Positions 28,213 to 43,218 are shown, counted from the stretch's first letter. The stretch: 64,000 nucleotides of DNA from Octopus vulgaris (GCA_951406725.2 OX597824.1:98394001-98458000), one strand, 5' to 3'. The notes: generated by a model not told the origin, from the sequence alone. Made by a program: numbers and translations.

Positions 28213-28293
<81 letters not shown>

Positions 28294-28429
28294 TGTATGT
28301 ATGTATGTATATATATGTATATATGTGTGTATGTATGTATGTATGTATGTATGTATGTATGTATGTATGTATATGTGTATATATAAAAATGCACTTGTAA
28401 CTTACTCTAAAATGTCTCAAACTGATTCG

Positions 28430-29350
28430 GGAAATGACCAAAAAGGCTTGGGAACGTCAGGGAAACAGGTCTGACTTGGCGGGTGTCCCAGTGTACCGCA
28501 ATATTCCCCTGATATAGTTGCCCCCCTCTGAAACTTGTCTCTTTGGTGAGGGTCAAATAAATGAACCTACTTATGGTTACACTATCTTTTGGAGAGGCCT
28601 ATCTAAGGGTCAGCGTAGAGAATCTGGTGTTGGGTTTGCTCTCAAGAATACATTAGTATCCTTCATTACAGAATTTCCAAGTGGTATATCTGAACGAACC
28701 ATTTCATGCCGTACAAAACTGACAGAAGGTAGGTTTCTTTCCGTTGTCAGTATTTATGCATCAACAATATCCTATGCTAATGAAAATTGTAGGACAGTTT
28801 TATGATGATCTAGCACAATTATTGAGGAAAGTACCAATTTCAGACAAGCAGGTCATATTAGGAGATTTCAATGCAAGAGTTGGAAAGGACTGCATTTCAT
28901 GGCCTGTTTTAGGTTGACATGGGATTGGAAAACATAATAAAAATGGAGTAGCCCTTTTGATGTTTTGTACTGAGAATAATCTGGTTGTCACCAACACTCT
29001 GTTTAAGCAGAAAATTAAATATAAAACCATCTAGATGCACCCAAGATCTGAGCACTGGCATCTCATAGACTATATTTTGATCAGAAACGGTGATATGAAA
29101 GACGTTTCTAGCATTTGGGCCATGAGAGGAGCAGAGAGCTGGACTGACCATCGTCTAGTGCATGGAAAAATAGATTTTTTGATAATGCTTAAAAGTCAAC
29201 AGTCTGGTCCTAAGGTACCCAAAAAGTTAAATGTTGCAAACTTTAGATTATCAAGCAACTTGCAAAGATTCCACGAAGCTATAGAAAGTATCAGTCTTGA
29301 CCCAAACAATGTATGGGAAGATTTCATAACAAAAGTATTTCAGGATCAGT
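28430..29350 (+). mobile_element. RTE/BovB-like LINE APE endonuclease fragment
   Basis: SET..GEGQ..E..GYTIFWRG..RESGVGFA..SIYA..ILGDFNARVG..NTLF..HPRSEHWHLIDYILIR..TDHRLV; contains stops. Confidence 0.9.
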
Positions 29351-29629
29351 TCAAATATTGTTATTGTTGTTGCTGTGTAACCCCGAGTCACCCGCAAACA
29401 AGCAGATTATGAGCAAAGGCGCTCTATTTAAGACCACCTCGTCACTAATTCAAAGTCTAGGTGAGGAGTGCATGGCTCAGTTGCGTCAGTTGAGGGATGG
29501 AGGCCTACATCACGGTTTTTCAGAGGACTCAATGCTTGGTAGGAATTTACTTTCAAACAGGAGACCTGAATACTTGCATCGAAGGCGTTCCATTAAAGAC
29601 ACGTGATTAACTTTACCAACCAAGCCAGG

Positions 29630-29800
29630 GGAAGGTCTCACAGACTGTCTTCCAAAAATGTTCTTCACCAAATTACAAAAGGCTTTGGTAGTGGTTATAG
29701 GAGGAGGTAGAAGACATTTGCTCCAAGCTGCCGTGCAGTGGGATTGACCCTGAAACCATGTAGAAGCGAAGTGAATTTCTTAATCACACAAACATGTCTG
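29630..29800 (-). mobile_element. Degenerate SINE head
   Basis: Reverse complement similar to 15301-15465. Confidence 0.55.
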
Positions 29801-30949
29801 CGTCTATTGGCTGTTTGATTCAATTAATCATTAGTTCATCTGATAGAAATAAGTCACCATTCCTATTGAAGAACATTAGAATTATAGGTGGTGATAGTGA
29901 TGATGATGATGATGATGGTGGAGGTGGTGGTGGTGGTGGTGGTGGTGGTGGCGGCGTCGGTGGTAGTGGAATGATAACCGAGATAAGTAAGAGAGGCAAG
30001 ATGGCCACCGTCTTTGCTATAACTACCACGCTAGCCTTGCATGCCCACACACTATATCAAGTAATTTGACATTTAAAAAATAACATAAAAGTCACACATA
30101 ACAGAAAATATTTAAAAGATTTCTAACTTGTTCAACTCCAATGAAGTTATATCTGATAGCTGTGAGTCATGGAAGGAAATCGGATTTCTGGAAGGAAGCC
30201 GTCTTAAATTTCGACTAAATTCAATTCCAAGTTGTTAGTTTAAAGACTTGCTTCGATTCAATTGCTAAGTTATTCTGAAGAACACTCCACTAAAGCGGTA
30301 TATCTACTAGAAACTTTAGCATTGTCACAGTTTGGCACTAAGAGAATTCTAGATGATCTCCTCTGGGGAAACAAGAAGGTTGTTTTTTTTTGAACTGCCT
30401 GCAAGATCTTCTAGTTGTTGTTAGTGATGCTATTGTTGTTGTTTTTGTTGTTGTTGTTTATTTCCAAGCCAACTCTAATCCGGTAGACCAGATGCCGCCA
30501 TGACATTTGTAGATATGTCTCACATCACATTATCTAACGAATCCTTCTATTTTTAAGAGAATAATTTGTGACTGCAGAAAATATCCGCTTCTTGTTCTCG
30601 CAGTTTCAGTGATTACTTTGACTTAAGATCTGACGAGGAAGACTTTTATACAATAATCCCCCACAAAACAACGAATTGGTCACCGATGATCTGCCTTTTT
30701 ATTTCTGGTGCTACATTGCGCCGAAAGCGACAAACATTTCTGAAGTTGTAAGAAAACATGAAGTCAACATGGGAGCCCCTCCACGGGATGTCTCCATCTG
30801 CTAGAAATAACAGCCTTCTATCTATCAAGTTACATTTTTCCATCTTAAAAAAGGAATCTATCTTAAAAAGGAATAACAAATTGGATAATGTAATCCAAGA
30901 CAGACAGTGTCATAAAGACAAACATATCGAGAAGAATAAGGTTGAAATG

Positions 30950-31560
30950 GCTTGAATCATAGATTAAACAGTCAGTGATTGAATGGCGACAGCTGATACA
31001 GCTTTGATCGGACGTACTGGTGGATAAGGGTTAACCTAGGGTTTAACAACAATATACTTAAAGTAGACTGTCAAATACATTCACTGTTTCACGCAAACTG
31101 TAACCCAGGGCACAAATGTTTCGCGGGAGAAATTGGTCTACTCTGATCTAAGGCTGAGGATGAGACTAGCTTTTCTTTTCTTTCTTCCGACTGAATACAT
31201 GAACTCAATAAGCAATGGAAACAGTCGTTAAATATGTAGCGTTCCCTCTGCTTACATAGGTAAGTCGTAAGTACGTCACTGAACGCCTCTGTGAAACTGT
31301 ACTTAACCATGGAACCTACATATTGTGAGTCAGACTGAGGTAATTGAAAGCCATTTCGGCTACAGACCATTGCACGAACTAGAACAGTTGTGGGAATCTT
31401 TTCAGAGTCAGATCTACGGCTAGAAATAGCTCACAAATTCCCCATCAATGAGATAAGGGTTGAATGTTTTAGCAACAATACGACAAGATTTTGTAGGCAG
31501 TTTTTATTAAAAAAATCAGCCTCGTTGTGTCTCCGGAGGAGACTGTCTCGAATCCTCTTA
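30950..31560 (-). mobile_element. Possible very old PLE C-terminal remnant
   Basis: Weak similarity only (SMVKYSFT.. / RP..FV terminus); not secure. Confidence 0.25.
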
Positions 31561-31927
31561 GTGCTAAGTTGTGACAATTTGTCATCTTTTACTTGTTTCA
31601 GTCATTAGACTGCGGCCATGCAGGGGCAATGCTAAAGATTCTAGTAGATACACCGCTGTAGTGGAATGTTCTTCAGAATAACTGTGTAATTGAATAAATC
31701 CAAATCTTTAAACTTTGGAATTAAATTTAGTCGAAATTTAAGTAATATTGATTGGAGCGAATGAGGGAAGTAGTAGGCAGCTGGTGAGATGGGAGGAGCA
31801 GGGAGAGTCGTAGTAGTGGAAGATGAGGTGAGACTGAGAGAGGAAACATGTCTTTCACTGCACAGATTCTAATGAATGACCGTCTTTTGGTCAAGTTTTA
31901 TGATGCTTATATCTTTAACAGCCGCAA

Positions 31928-32158
31928 GGCGGCGAGCTGGCAGAACCGTTAACACGCCGGACGAAATGCGTAGCCGTATTTCGTCTGCTGCTACGTTCTG
32001 AGTTCAAATTCCGCCGAGGTCGACTTTGCCTTTCATCCTTTCGGGGTCGATAAATTAAGTACCAGTTACGCACTGGGGTCGATATAATCGGCTTAATCTG
32101 TTTGTCTGTCCTTGTTTGTCCCCTCTGTGTTTAGCCCCTTGTGGGTAGTAAAGAAACA
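31928..32158 (+). mobile_element. Full-length tRNA-derived SINE with 20-bp TSD
   Basis: TATATCTTTAACAGCCGCAA at 31908-31927 and 32159-32178; GAGTTCAAATTCC B box. Confidence 0.92.
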
Positions 32159-32769
32159 TATATCTTTAACAGCCGCAACAGCAGCAGCCGTTCAAGAATT
32201 TGGACCTGAAGATCTCCATTTCCAGCGACTTCGAGGGCCACCTCCCAGTGGTGTCAGGCGTCAATGAAGAGCCCTCGACTACAAGACGACGAAAGTTTTT
32301 TTCTTTCCCCAAGGTCTGGGGTCTCCCGCCCCTAAGCCCTAGACCATCACCTAATCACCCTTACTCGTCTTGTTGCTTAACAACAACATCAGCAGTTATC
32401 GTGACACCCGATGTGAAGGCAGTACTTTATTGCTGGTGTTTGCAGGGAAGTCCGCAATGGAGGACAGGGTAGCTTTTTCCATCTCCTCCCACCAAAAAAA
32501 CTAAAGAAACCTATTCTTTCCTGTCGGGCCTGGGTTCTTAACAGGTTTACAGAAATAGTAAGCTTTAAATGAGGGTTTTATATGAGATTTGTTGGAATGA
32601 TTGACAGCCATGTTGGAGAAGCACCGAAAACCAACAGAAAAATATAAAGTATTCCAGCGAACATTGTTCTGTGTATTGTGGCAGAAACAGGAAACTGAAC
32701 GGCTTTAATTGGAACATTAGTCAAAAACAGAGCAATATAATGGAAACAACAACGACAACAATAATGCTT

Positions 32770-32990
32770 CTAATAATAATAATAATAATAATGACGATGA
32801 TGGTGATGGTGATGATGATGATGATGATGATGATGATGGTGATGGTGATGGTGATGATGATAATGATAATGATGGTGATGGTAATGGTGATGATGATAAT
32901 GATGGTGATGGTGATGGTGATGATGATAATGATGGTAATGGTGATGATGATAATGATGGTGATGGTAATGGTGATGATGATAATGATGAC
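32770..32990. repeat. Imperfect (AAT)/(ATG)n microsatellite
   Basis: Visible directly in the sequence. Confidence 0.9.
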
Positions 32991-33745
32991 AACTCATCAC
33001 GGCAAATTATTGTTTACTTCATCGAAAAACCCCGTTTTAGTGTCATTTTGGCGCCAATATCGATGAATTAGTTGACAGAATATTATTGAATTTTATTGAA
33101 GCTTGCTTGTCTGCACAGACTTTTTAATTAGTTTAAAAAAAAACAATAACAAAACACATCAGCAATAAAAACAATGATTACAATAATGATAGAAATCCTA
33201 TCAATGATATAAAAGTAAGAAAAATAGGATAATTTCATAAAATAACACCAATAATAACGATGATAACGTTTCTCTGTTGAGCTCAAGGCCCTCCACATGG
33301 ATTACGAACTGTGCTAAACAAATATGGGAGCTGCACATCAAGATAACAAGAGACAAACACTCAATAACATATTATAGTTTAATATTTGGTAGGCATTGCA
33401 AATGGAAATAATTATTTCAGATTTTGGTGAGCAATTTTAGTAGGGAAGGAGTTGTCAATTTCGTTAGGATGCCGGACAAAATCCTTGGCAGTATTTCGTC
33501 CGTCTTTATGTCCTAAGTTCAAATTCCACCGAGGTCAACTTTGACTTTTGTTCTTTCAAGCTCCGATAATCTAAACAGCAGACAAACATTGACACAGGTT
33601 TGAAAGAGTGTAGGGAGTTCACTTGGAAACCACCTGGTTCTGAGTTCGATCCTGTCTCGCACATACTTCAACGACAAGTGCCATTTCCCACAGGCATTGC
33701 ATTGACCACTTCCTTGTGACGGAAATTTGCTCTTATATCTATATA

Positions 33746-33790
33746 CTAGCTGAATAGCCCGTCGTTGCCGGGCAATTTTTACAATAGAGA
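33746..33790 (-). mobile_element. Helitron 3' terminus
   Basis: Minus strand: hairpin GCCCG-gcaacga-CGGGC, then 11 nt ending CTAG|T; near-identical end at 63532. Confidence 0.7.
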
Positions 33791-34329
33791 TGCACTTTAA
33801 CTGTAATCGAATCACGGCAATGAACTCCCGAAATGGCCATAGGTGTGTTCGACTTGATTTTGTGGAACTCTTTTTGCTCCTAGAATCTAACCTACCAGGG
33901 GTTTTATGAATTGAACGTTTTTGACGCACTCTTTTGTTTGAGGGAAGTAAGAAAATTTTATAAGCCGATTGATATTTAAAAAAAATTTATTTACATTTTA
34001 ATAGCTTGACACACTTTAGAATTTGTAGTTGTTTGTATTTACCTTTTTGATGGGCCGTCCTATATATCTGTATTTTAATTCGCATATATATTTTTACCTT
34101 CTGTATTTTTTGTATATGTATACTTGTTATATGTTTAAGAACCATGGTAATATTTATATACGATCAAATGTTTGGGAGGTATGGTGTTAAAGTCGTTGAC
34201 TCGAATTTGATGTTTGTTCTATGATCAATGTTTCTTTATCTCTGTCTCAATTACATTTGAGCAATTCTTTTTTGTAGTCTTATAAACCGTTCTTCTTCCA
34301 TAAAAAGAGACAAAAATTATTTCTTGTCG

Positions 34330-34374
<45 letters not shown>

Positions 34375-35167
34375 TTAATGTACAGATGTTCCATAAAACC
34401 CGCAAACATCAATTACGTGGGTATAAAACTCATTTCCGTTGAATTGATGCTGCTGGTTCCAGTCATCAGTTCTAGCATATCTTGAGACAAGAATCGAATG
34501 TGGAACCAATCTACCGAGTAATACCTTTCGGCGTACATTTTGAATTGTGTGTATGTATGTATACATTTATGTAAGTATGCATGTGTATAGTTTGTATTGT
34601 AGAGACAGATGTTCTCTCTATTTATAGAAACACTTTGAAGTGCTCAAGGGATTAGAACTTGAGCTGTTAGGTAAGTAAAGCAACGACAAGCAAACGAGGT
34701 TCGTCTAATTACATAAAAAGACACATTTAATCGAAAAGAAAGACATAAATGTGAATGGATATTAAGAATACATTTAGGCGAAAAGAAAAACCTAGCTTTG
34801 TATGTATGTATGTATGTATGTATGTATGTATGTATGTATGCATGCGTGTATGTGTTTATGTATGTATGTATGTATGTATGTATGTATGTGTGTATGTATG
34901 TGTGTATGTATGTATATATCTATGTACGTACGTAAGTATGTATGTATGTATGTATGTATGTATGTATGTATGTATGTACGTACGTAAGTATGTATGTATG
35001 TATGTATGTATGTATGCATGTGTGCATGTGCTTATGTATGTATGTATGTATGCATGCATGTATGTGTGTATGTATCTATGTATGTATGTATGTATCTATT
35101 TATGTATTATGTATGTATGTATTATTATTATTAAAGCTACAAAACATCACAAAAATATCACAAAAAA

Positions 35168-35205
35168 TTGCTACTCAGACTTTCACGTTCCCGTTCGTCG
35201 GACAG
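35168..35205 (-). ncRNA. Degenerate hammerhead-like motif
   Basis: Minus strand: CUGU CCGACGA ACG ggaa CGU GAAA GUCUGAG UA GCAA. Confidence 0.45.
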
Positions 35206-35723
35206 TTTCGATTGAGAATGGAACAAAATAAAGTTTGTATGTATAAAATATACAATCTACATCGACAGATACCTATTTGAAATTGGTTTCTTTTCATTGG
35301 TCCTTTCGACTAACGATTTTTTTCTAATCAAAGATGAGATATTTAAAATCGTATTATGTGAGATCGAAGAAATCCTTAAATCGAAAATCAAAATTTCAAA
35401 AAAGATTGTATTTAGAAAGAAAAAAATGTACCCAGAATAAATTAATTGGTGATAAAATAAGTTTAAAGAAAAATAAATAAATGTAGGTTTGAATTATAAT
35501 GATATTTACTTAGAAACTGAAACGATCTAAAAATAAACACACGGTTCTTATACATATATACACTAAAAATCATAAACGTATATACGCACACTAAATATAC
35601 AAACGCTAATATATGCGTACATCTCTACAAACATGCACAGGCAAAATATAAATATGAATATATATATATATATATTCTAATGTATATATATAAGTAACTA
35701 CACAAACACACATATATATATAT

Positions 35724-35906
35724 GAATTTTTGCGTAATGAGAAAAAAAACCCAAGGCTGTATAGATATTAGAGCATTTATAGATAGAAGGTCTTACAGCT
35801 GTTTCTAGGATATTAATCAACAATTTCCCTTCATCGGAGACGGTGTGAGAGGAAAGTTAAGTCATAGTTAGTTTCGATGTGATACAAATAGAGAGTGAGG
35901 TGGTGT
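35724..35906 (-). mobile_element. Short element family H with hammerhead (35790-35841)
   Basis: GUCU CCGAUGA a GGGA...UCCU a GAAA CAGCUG UA AGAC; ACAGCUGU palindrome; second copy at 48525-48840. Confidence 0.75.
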
Positions 35907-36233
35907 ATATATATATATACACACACATTATACATCTTCGAGCATATGTAGTGAAGCTGCAATTCCATTGCTACACGTTAGAAAGAATGAGAATAAGAAT
36001 AAGAATGAGAATAAGAATAAGAATAAGAATAAGAATAAGAATAAGAATAAGAATAAGAGGTGGTGGTTTGAAGAAAAAGAAGTGGCAGAATAGAGGGAAA
36101 AGAAAGAGAGAGAGAGAAAAAATAAAGATTGAAAAGATAGGAAAAAGAGAGAGGATATAACTGCGTTTAGTAAAAGTATCTTATAATATGGTAAAAAGAG
36201 GATGAAAAGAAAAGGAACAAATAGTATGTATGT

Positions 36234-36295
<62 letters not shown>

Positions 36296-36709
36296 GTCCA
36301 AGGATCGAGGTGTAGGAAGAAAGTTAGCTTCAAACAATCCGTAGTAAGGAGTAAAGATTATTTGCCAACATAACATGCCAGTCCTGGTTTAGGACGAATG
36401 TTGCTGTAATCTAGTCCCAGAAGACATCGTCTCCAGCTGGCGATACGACACGATTTTCGAACAAGGGAAATAATTTTTACTCCAAAGTACTGTTGCTGAA
36501 TATCTCACGTTGTGAGATTTACAAATAGTAATTTTCTAATCCGTAATAAATGTTAAAAAAGAACAACTTTCAGGGACAAAGGTGGTTTATTGAGAAGGAA
36601 GGTTGCGAATTTTTTCGTATCCAAGTACAATAAATTGAAAAAAAAAAGTTCTTTTTATAATTCACGTAGGCAACCAAGGTTGGTAGGTGTGCGAATATGA
36701 ATAAAAGAG

Positions 36710-37029
36710 TTAAGGAATGGCGTTGACAAGATCCGGGCTACGTATGTTTCATAGCGAGCGGAACTACGGAAGCGGTAAATATCCAAGCCAGGTGTGTACC
36801 GAAGGTTACTCTTCAGGTAAAGGATGTCTTGATTAGATTTAAGGTTACATTGTCGCAAGATTCAATCAGAATGTACCTCCTGGCGACAATGTAAACTTTC
36901 ATCTAATCAAGATACCCTTTACCTGAAGAGTAACCTGCGGTACACACCTGGCTTGGATATTTACCAATTCCAAGATTCCGCTCGCTATGAAACATATGTA
37001 GCCCGGATCTTATCTACTCCATTCCTTAA
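36710..37029. mobile_element. Fold-back element (147-bp arms) with a hammerhead-like motif in each arm
   Basis: 36710-36856 pairs with 36883-37029; + arm CUGAAGA (36923-36929)...GAAA CAUAUG UA (site after 37000). Confidence 0.8.
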
Positions 37030-37123
37030 ACCTTGTATGTATATATAAAACCTTGGGCTACAATTGTGCTTCTACAAAATAGTTGTACGAGTTAGAAAAT
37101 ACGAACAGAATCTTCTTCAGCCG

Positions 37124-39565
37124 GAAACAAATAAGAAACAAATAAGAAACAAATAAGAAACAAATAAGAAACAAATAAGAAACAAATAAGAAACAAATAA
37201 GAAACAAATAAGAAACAAATAAGAAACAAATAAGAAACAAATAAGAAACAAATAAGAAAGAAATAAGAAAGAAATAAGAAACAAATAAGAAACAAATAAG
37301 AAACAAATAAGAAACAAATAAGAAACAAATAAGAAACAAATAAGAAACAAATAAGAAAGAAATAAGAAACAAATAAGAAACAAATAAGAAACAAATAAGA
37401 AACAAATAAGAAACAAATAAGAAACAAATAAGAAACAAATAAGAAACAAATAAGAAACAAATAAGAAAGAAATAAGAAACAAATAAGAAACAAATAAGAA
37501 ACAAATAAGAAACAAATAAGAAACAAATAAGAAACAAATAAGAAACAAATAAGAAACAAATAAGAAAGAAATAAGAAACAAATAAGAAAGAAATAAGAAA
37601 CAAATAAGAAACAAATAAGAAACAAATAAGAAAGAAATAAGAAAGAAATAAGAAACAAATAAGAAACAAATAAGAAACAAATAAGAAACAAATAAGAAAC
37701 AAATAAGAAACAAATAAGAAAGAAATAAGAAACAAATAAGAAACAAATAAGAAACAAATAAGAAACAAATAAGAAACAAATAAGAAAGAAATAAGAAACA
37801 AATAAGAAACAAATAAGAAACAAATAAGAAACAAATAAGAAACAAATAAGAAACAAATAAGAAACAAATAAGAAACAAATAAGAAACAAATAAGAAACAA
37901 ATAAGAAAGAAATAAGAAACAAATAAGAAACAAATAAGAAACAAATAAGAAACAAATAAGAAACAAATAAGAAACAAATAAGAAACAAATAAGAAAGAAA
38001 TAAGAAACAAATAAGAAACAAATAAGAAAGAAATAAGAAACAAATAAGAAACAAATAAGAAACAAATAAGAAACAAATAAGAAACAAATAAGAAACAAAT
38101 AAGAAACAAATAAGAAACAAATAAGAAACAAATAAGAAACAAATAAGAAACAAATAAGAAAGAAATAAGAAACAAATAAGAAAGAAATAAGAAACAATTA
38201 AGAAACAAATAAGAAACAAATAAGAAACAAATAAGAAACAAATAAGAAACAAATAAGAAACAAATAAGAAAGAAATAAGAAACAAATAAGAAACAAATAA
38301 GAAACAAATAAGAAACAAATAAGAAACAAATAAGAAACAAATAAGAAACAAATAAGAAAGAAATAAGAAACAAATAAGAAACAAATAAGAAACAAATAAG
38401 AAACAAATAAGAAACAAATAAGAAACAAATAAGAAAGAAATAAGAAAGAAATAAGAAACAAATAAGAAACAAATAAGAAACAAATAAGAAACAAATAAGA
38501 AACAAATAAGAAACAAATAAGAAACAAATAAGAAACAAATAAGAAACAAATAAGAAAGAAATAAGAAACAAATAAGAAACAAATAAGAAACAAATAAGAA
38601 ACAAATAAGAAAGAAATAAGAAACAAATAAGAAACAAATAAGAAACAAATAAGAAACAAATAAGAAACAAATAAGAAACAAATAAGAAACAAATAAGAAA
38701 GAAATAAGAAACAAATAAGAAACAAATAAGAAACAAATAAGAAACAAATAAGAAACAAATAAGAAACAAATAAGAAACAAATAAGAAAGAAATAAGAAAC
38801 AAATAAGAAACAAATAAGAAACAAATAAGAAACAAATAAGAAACAAATAAGAAACAAATAAGAAACAAATAAGAAACAAATAAGAAAGAAATAAGAAACA
38901 AATAAGAAACAAATAAGAAACAAATAAGAAACAAATAAGAAACAAATAAGAAACAAATAAGAAAGAAATAAGAAACAAATAAGAAACAAATAAGAAACAA
39001 ATAAGAAACAAATAAGAAACAAATAAGAAACAAATAAGAAACAAATAAGAAACAAATAAGAAAGAAATAAGAAACAAATAAGAAACAAATAAGAAACAAA
39101 TAAGAAACAAATAAGAAACAAATAAGAAACAAATAAGAAACAAATAAGAAACAAATAAGAAACAAATAAGAAACAAATAAGAAACAAATAAGAAAGAAAT
39201 AAGAAAGAAATAAGAAACAAATAAGAAACAAATAAGAAAGAAATAAGAAAGAAATAAGAAACAAATAAGAAACAAATAAGAAACAAATAAGAAACAAATA
39301 AGAAACAAATAAGAAACAAATAAGAAACAAATAAGAAACAAATAAGAAAGAAATAAGAAACAAATAAGAAAGAAATAAGAAACAAATAAGAAACAAATAA
39401 GAAACAAATAAGAAACAAATAAGAAACAAATAAGAAACAAATAAGAAACAAATAAGAAACAAATAAGAAACAAATAAGAAACAAATAAGAAACAAATAAG
39501 AAACAAATAAGAAACAAATAAGAAACAAATAAGAAACAAATAAGAAACAAATAAGAAACAAATAA
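37124..39565 (+). repeat. 11-bp satellite (GAAACAAATAA)n, about 222 units
   Basis: 2442 bp = 222 x 11; recurrent GAAAGAAATAA variant; one GAAACAATTAA unit near 38191. Confidence 0.97.
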
Positions 39566-39684
39566 GAACATGCTGAAACTCGAGGTGTAAATAATAAAGT
39601 GAAATACCTTGGAACTGAAATCTACCTATCAATCTGTCTGTCTGTGTTTGTCTGCTTGTCTATCAACCCACCTGCTTACGTACG

Positions 39685-40245
<561 letters not shown>

Positions 40246-41404
40246 TCCCTCACCCAGTCTTCTCTCGGTACAAAAGCCTATATTCACCTAATTAAATCTT
40301 TCCATCACATTGAAAAGTTAAGAAACTTATAAAAAACAATAACAAAACCTAAAATAAAATCTCTTCCAGTAATTCAGTGTTTTTCTTTATTTTTTTTCGG
40401 ACTTATATAATTCTTACTCGTCTTTACTCTCGATATTAATCTTGTTATTGCTGCTGCTGTTGTTGTGGTTGTTGTTGTTGATTTTGTTTGTGTTGAAACT
40501 GTTTTTGTTACTTCTGTTGTTGCTATTCCTCCCCTGCTTGTTGCTTAATCCATCTCTTTCTTTCTTTTTTTATCTCCCCCATCCTCTTCCATTCAATATG
40601 AAAACTGCTTGTTTCACGTCGGCTTCAATATTTCTTAGAATTTGGTATTTGATGATTCTTTTCCATTTCATTGAGGCTGACTGGCCACCTGCCTTATTGG
40701 CCCATGCAACAGCAATTGGACAACAGCAACAAGAAGAACGACGGCGACGATGATAATTAGGATGATGATGATGATGATGAGAAGACGAAGAAGAAGAAGA
40801 AGAAGAAGAAGAAGAAGAAGAAGAAGAAGAAGAAGAAGAAGAAGAAGAAGAAGAAGAAGAAATCAGCCTAGAACAGCAGCAGCAGCAGCAACAACAACAA
40901 CAACACCATGACCTTCGACATGATAGATGAGCCATGATAGAAGCGCCTGTAGGTGATTGCACCATCCGCATGAAATAGCAGTAACTCTGACAAATCACAT
41001 CTTGCTATCTTAAAGAACTGAAGAACACTTTGTGGCCCTAGATGTACTTTGTCGATATAACCGACGGGATCGCCATGGCTTGAGTGTCTATGATGATAAG
41101 TCTGCTAGATTTGTGATGATCTGAGATTAAGCAACAGCAACATTATTAAGAACAATAAAAACTGTAAAACCAATTGAATAAAGCCAGAAGAAAATACAAT
41201 GGAGTAAGTAAACGATTTAGACTGGCTTTATCAAGGGTGAGTGGCCGGGTTGGATTGGCGAAGTCCTTACTCAATCATTGGTGAATAGAAGGAGCAGCGC
41301 AACGCTTACAAAAGTTCCATTATGAAGCCGAGTCAAGTCAATAGCAGGGAAGATCTGTGTCGTAGAAACCTTCAGAGACCGGAAAGAATCAGAATTTCAT
41401 GCCA

Positions 41405-41471
41405 CAGAATTATCAATCAGTCATCAATCAGAATTATCAATCAGTCATCAATCAGAATGATCAATCAGTCA
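41405..41471 (+). repeat. 24-bp tandem repeat x2.8
   Basis: Unit CAGAATTATCAATCAGTCATCAAT. Confidence 0.9.
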
Positions 41472-41634
41472 ATGTTATCTTGTGGAACACTATCAATTGC
41501 TCATGCAAGTAAACCTCCTCTCTCCCTGCAACTTATATTTAACCAAGGGGGAGATCACCGAAATAGGTCGATGTAATTCGGTGCCAGAGTCATCTCGGTT
41601 CTTTCTGCCACGACGGAAGGAATCAAGACAAATA

Positions 41635-41764
<130 letters not shown>

Positions 41765-41908
41765 GAGTGAAAGAGAGGGTAAGAGAGAGTGAGAGAGGGG
41801 AGAGCAAAAGAGAGAGAAAGCGAGACAGGGAACTCCATCAGCACAGGCTGGGACGATGCGATTCAAAAGGTAATTGGTGTGTGCGTGTGTGTGTGTGTAT
41901 GTATGTGC

Positions 41909-41953
<45 letters not shown>

Positions 41954-42328
41954 GGTTGGTTAGATCGGAGACGACAGATGTTCGAGATGAGGAAAAAGAA
42001 TTGGTTTTAAATGTTGACACTGAGCGAAGTGCAGAGTGCTTTGGTCTGAGAAGACGGAAGTCGGCTTTGAATGCATGAACAAACTCCACTGAAAATTCTC
42101 GTGATTCAAGAGATGGTGTGAAATGGCCACCATCAAAGAAAAAAAAGGAAGATTATTTTCGTACAATTGTATGGTTCTCCTCAGCATTCAAATGTTAGAA
42201 GTCTTTTTAAACGTGTTGCAAAATGTATTCTTATGTTTGGCAGATAAAAACAAAATCCTTGACATGATATTAATTCGGTTCCTGGGAATATTAAACATTG
42301 ATGTCCTTTCATTAAACCACAAGAAATA

Positions 42329-42461
<133 letters not shown>

Positions 42462-42479
42462 GTGGGTTCCGTACAATAT

Positions 42480-43048
42480 TTAAACCAAATAAGATTACCG
42501 CTGTGACTCACATTAAACATTCAACATCACTGAATTAAGAAGATTTGGGGTTTTACAAAATTTAAGTCGATATTTCGTATCACGCATTTAGCCACAAAGA
42601 CAAGATTACACGGAAATTGACAGAGAAGAAGGTTTCAGTGTTGGTTTGAGTATGGAGTGTACACAAAGGCAAACACTACACAACATCACGTACACTATTA
42701 TTGAACTTTGACATTAAACGGAAAGCCTCGATGTCAAAGCCAATCCTGTTGAACTGGCCGCCATATTGGTCTAATATGACACTGAAAGTAGGCGTAACGT
42801 GCTTCCTATGTATGAAAATCACTTTGAAATATCGAACAGCGGTATTATGAAACTGAAACGGAAGACCTTGTAGTGGAATGGATTGGAAGGATTGGCGAAA
42901 GATCCTACGCATGCCTAGATAGGATATTACTCAGACTCTTCAGTGTCCATTAGCCATTATTAAATAATATTTATTTAGATAAAAGAGAACTTTTATGCTA
43001 AAGCTATTCAGCTGCCTGCTTACGTCCGAAGATTATAAAATACAGATA

Positions 43049-43050
<2 letters not shown>
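42480..43050 (+). mobile_element. Ty3/gypsy RT-RNase H remnant
   Basis: ELRRF..RKLTEK..; ASYV*KSL*NIEQRYYETETEDLVVEW..SVH*PL resembles AYASRSL..EQRYS.TEKE.LAVVW..TDHKPL. Confidence 0.55.
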
Positions 43051-43102
<52 letters not shown>

Positions 43103-43157
43103 GAAGGAATGGAGTCGAACGACGATTTAACAAAATTCCTTTATTTTCAACTACTTA

Positions 43158-43218
<61 letters not shown>

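Noticed and set aside
34420-34475. Minus-strand CUGAUGA...GAAA
   Set aside because: The helices do not close on the core.
37124-39565. CRISPR array or telomeric repeat
   Set aside because: No spacers, not TTAGGG-like, eukaryotic interstitial context.
37058-39632. Long minus-strand ORFs (379-846 aa)
   Set aside because: Translation of the stop-free 11-mer satellite in all three frames; no coding evidence.
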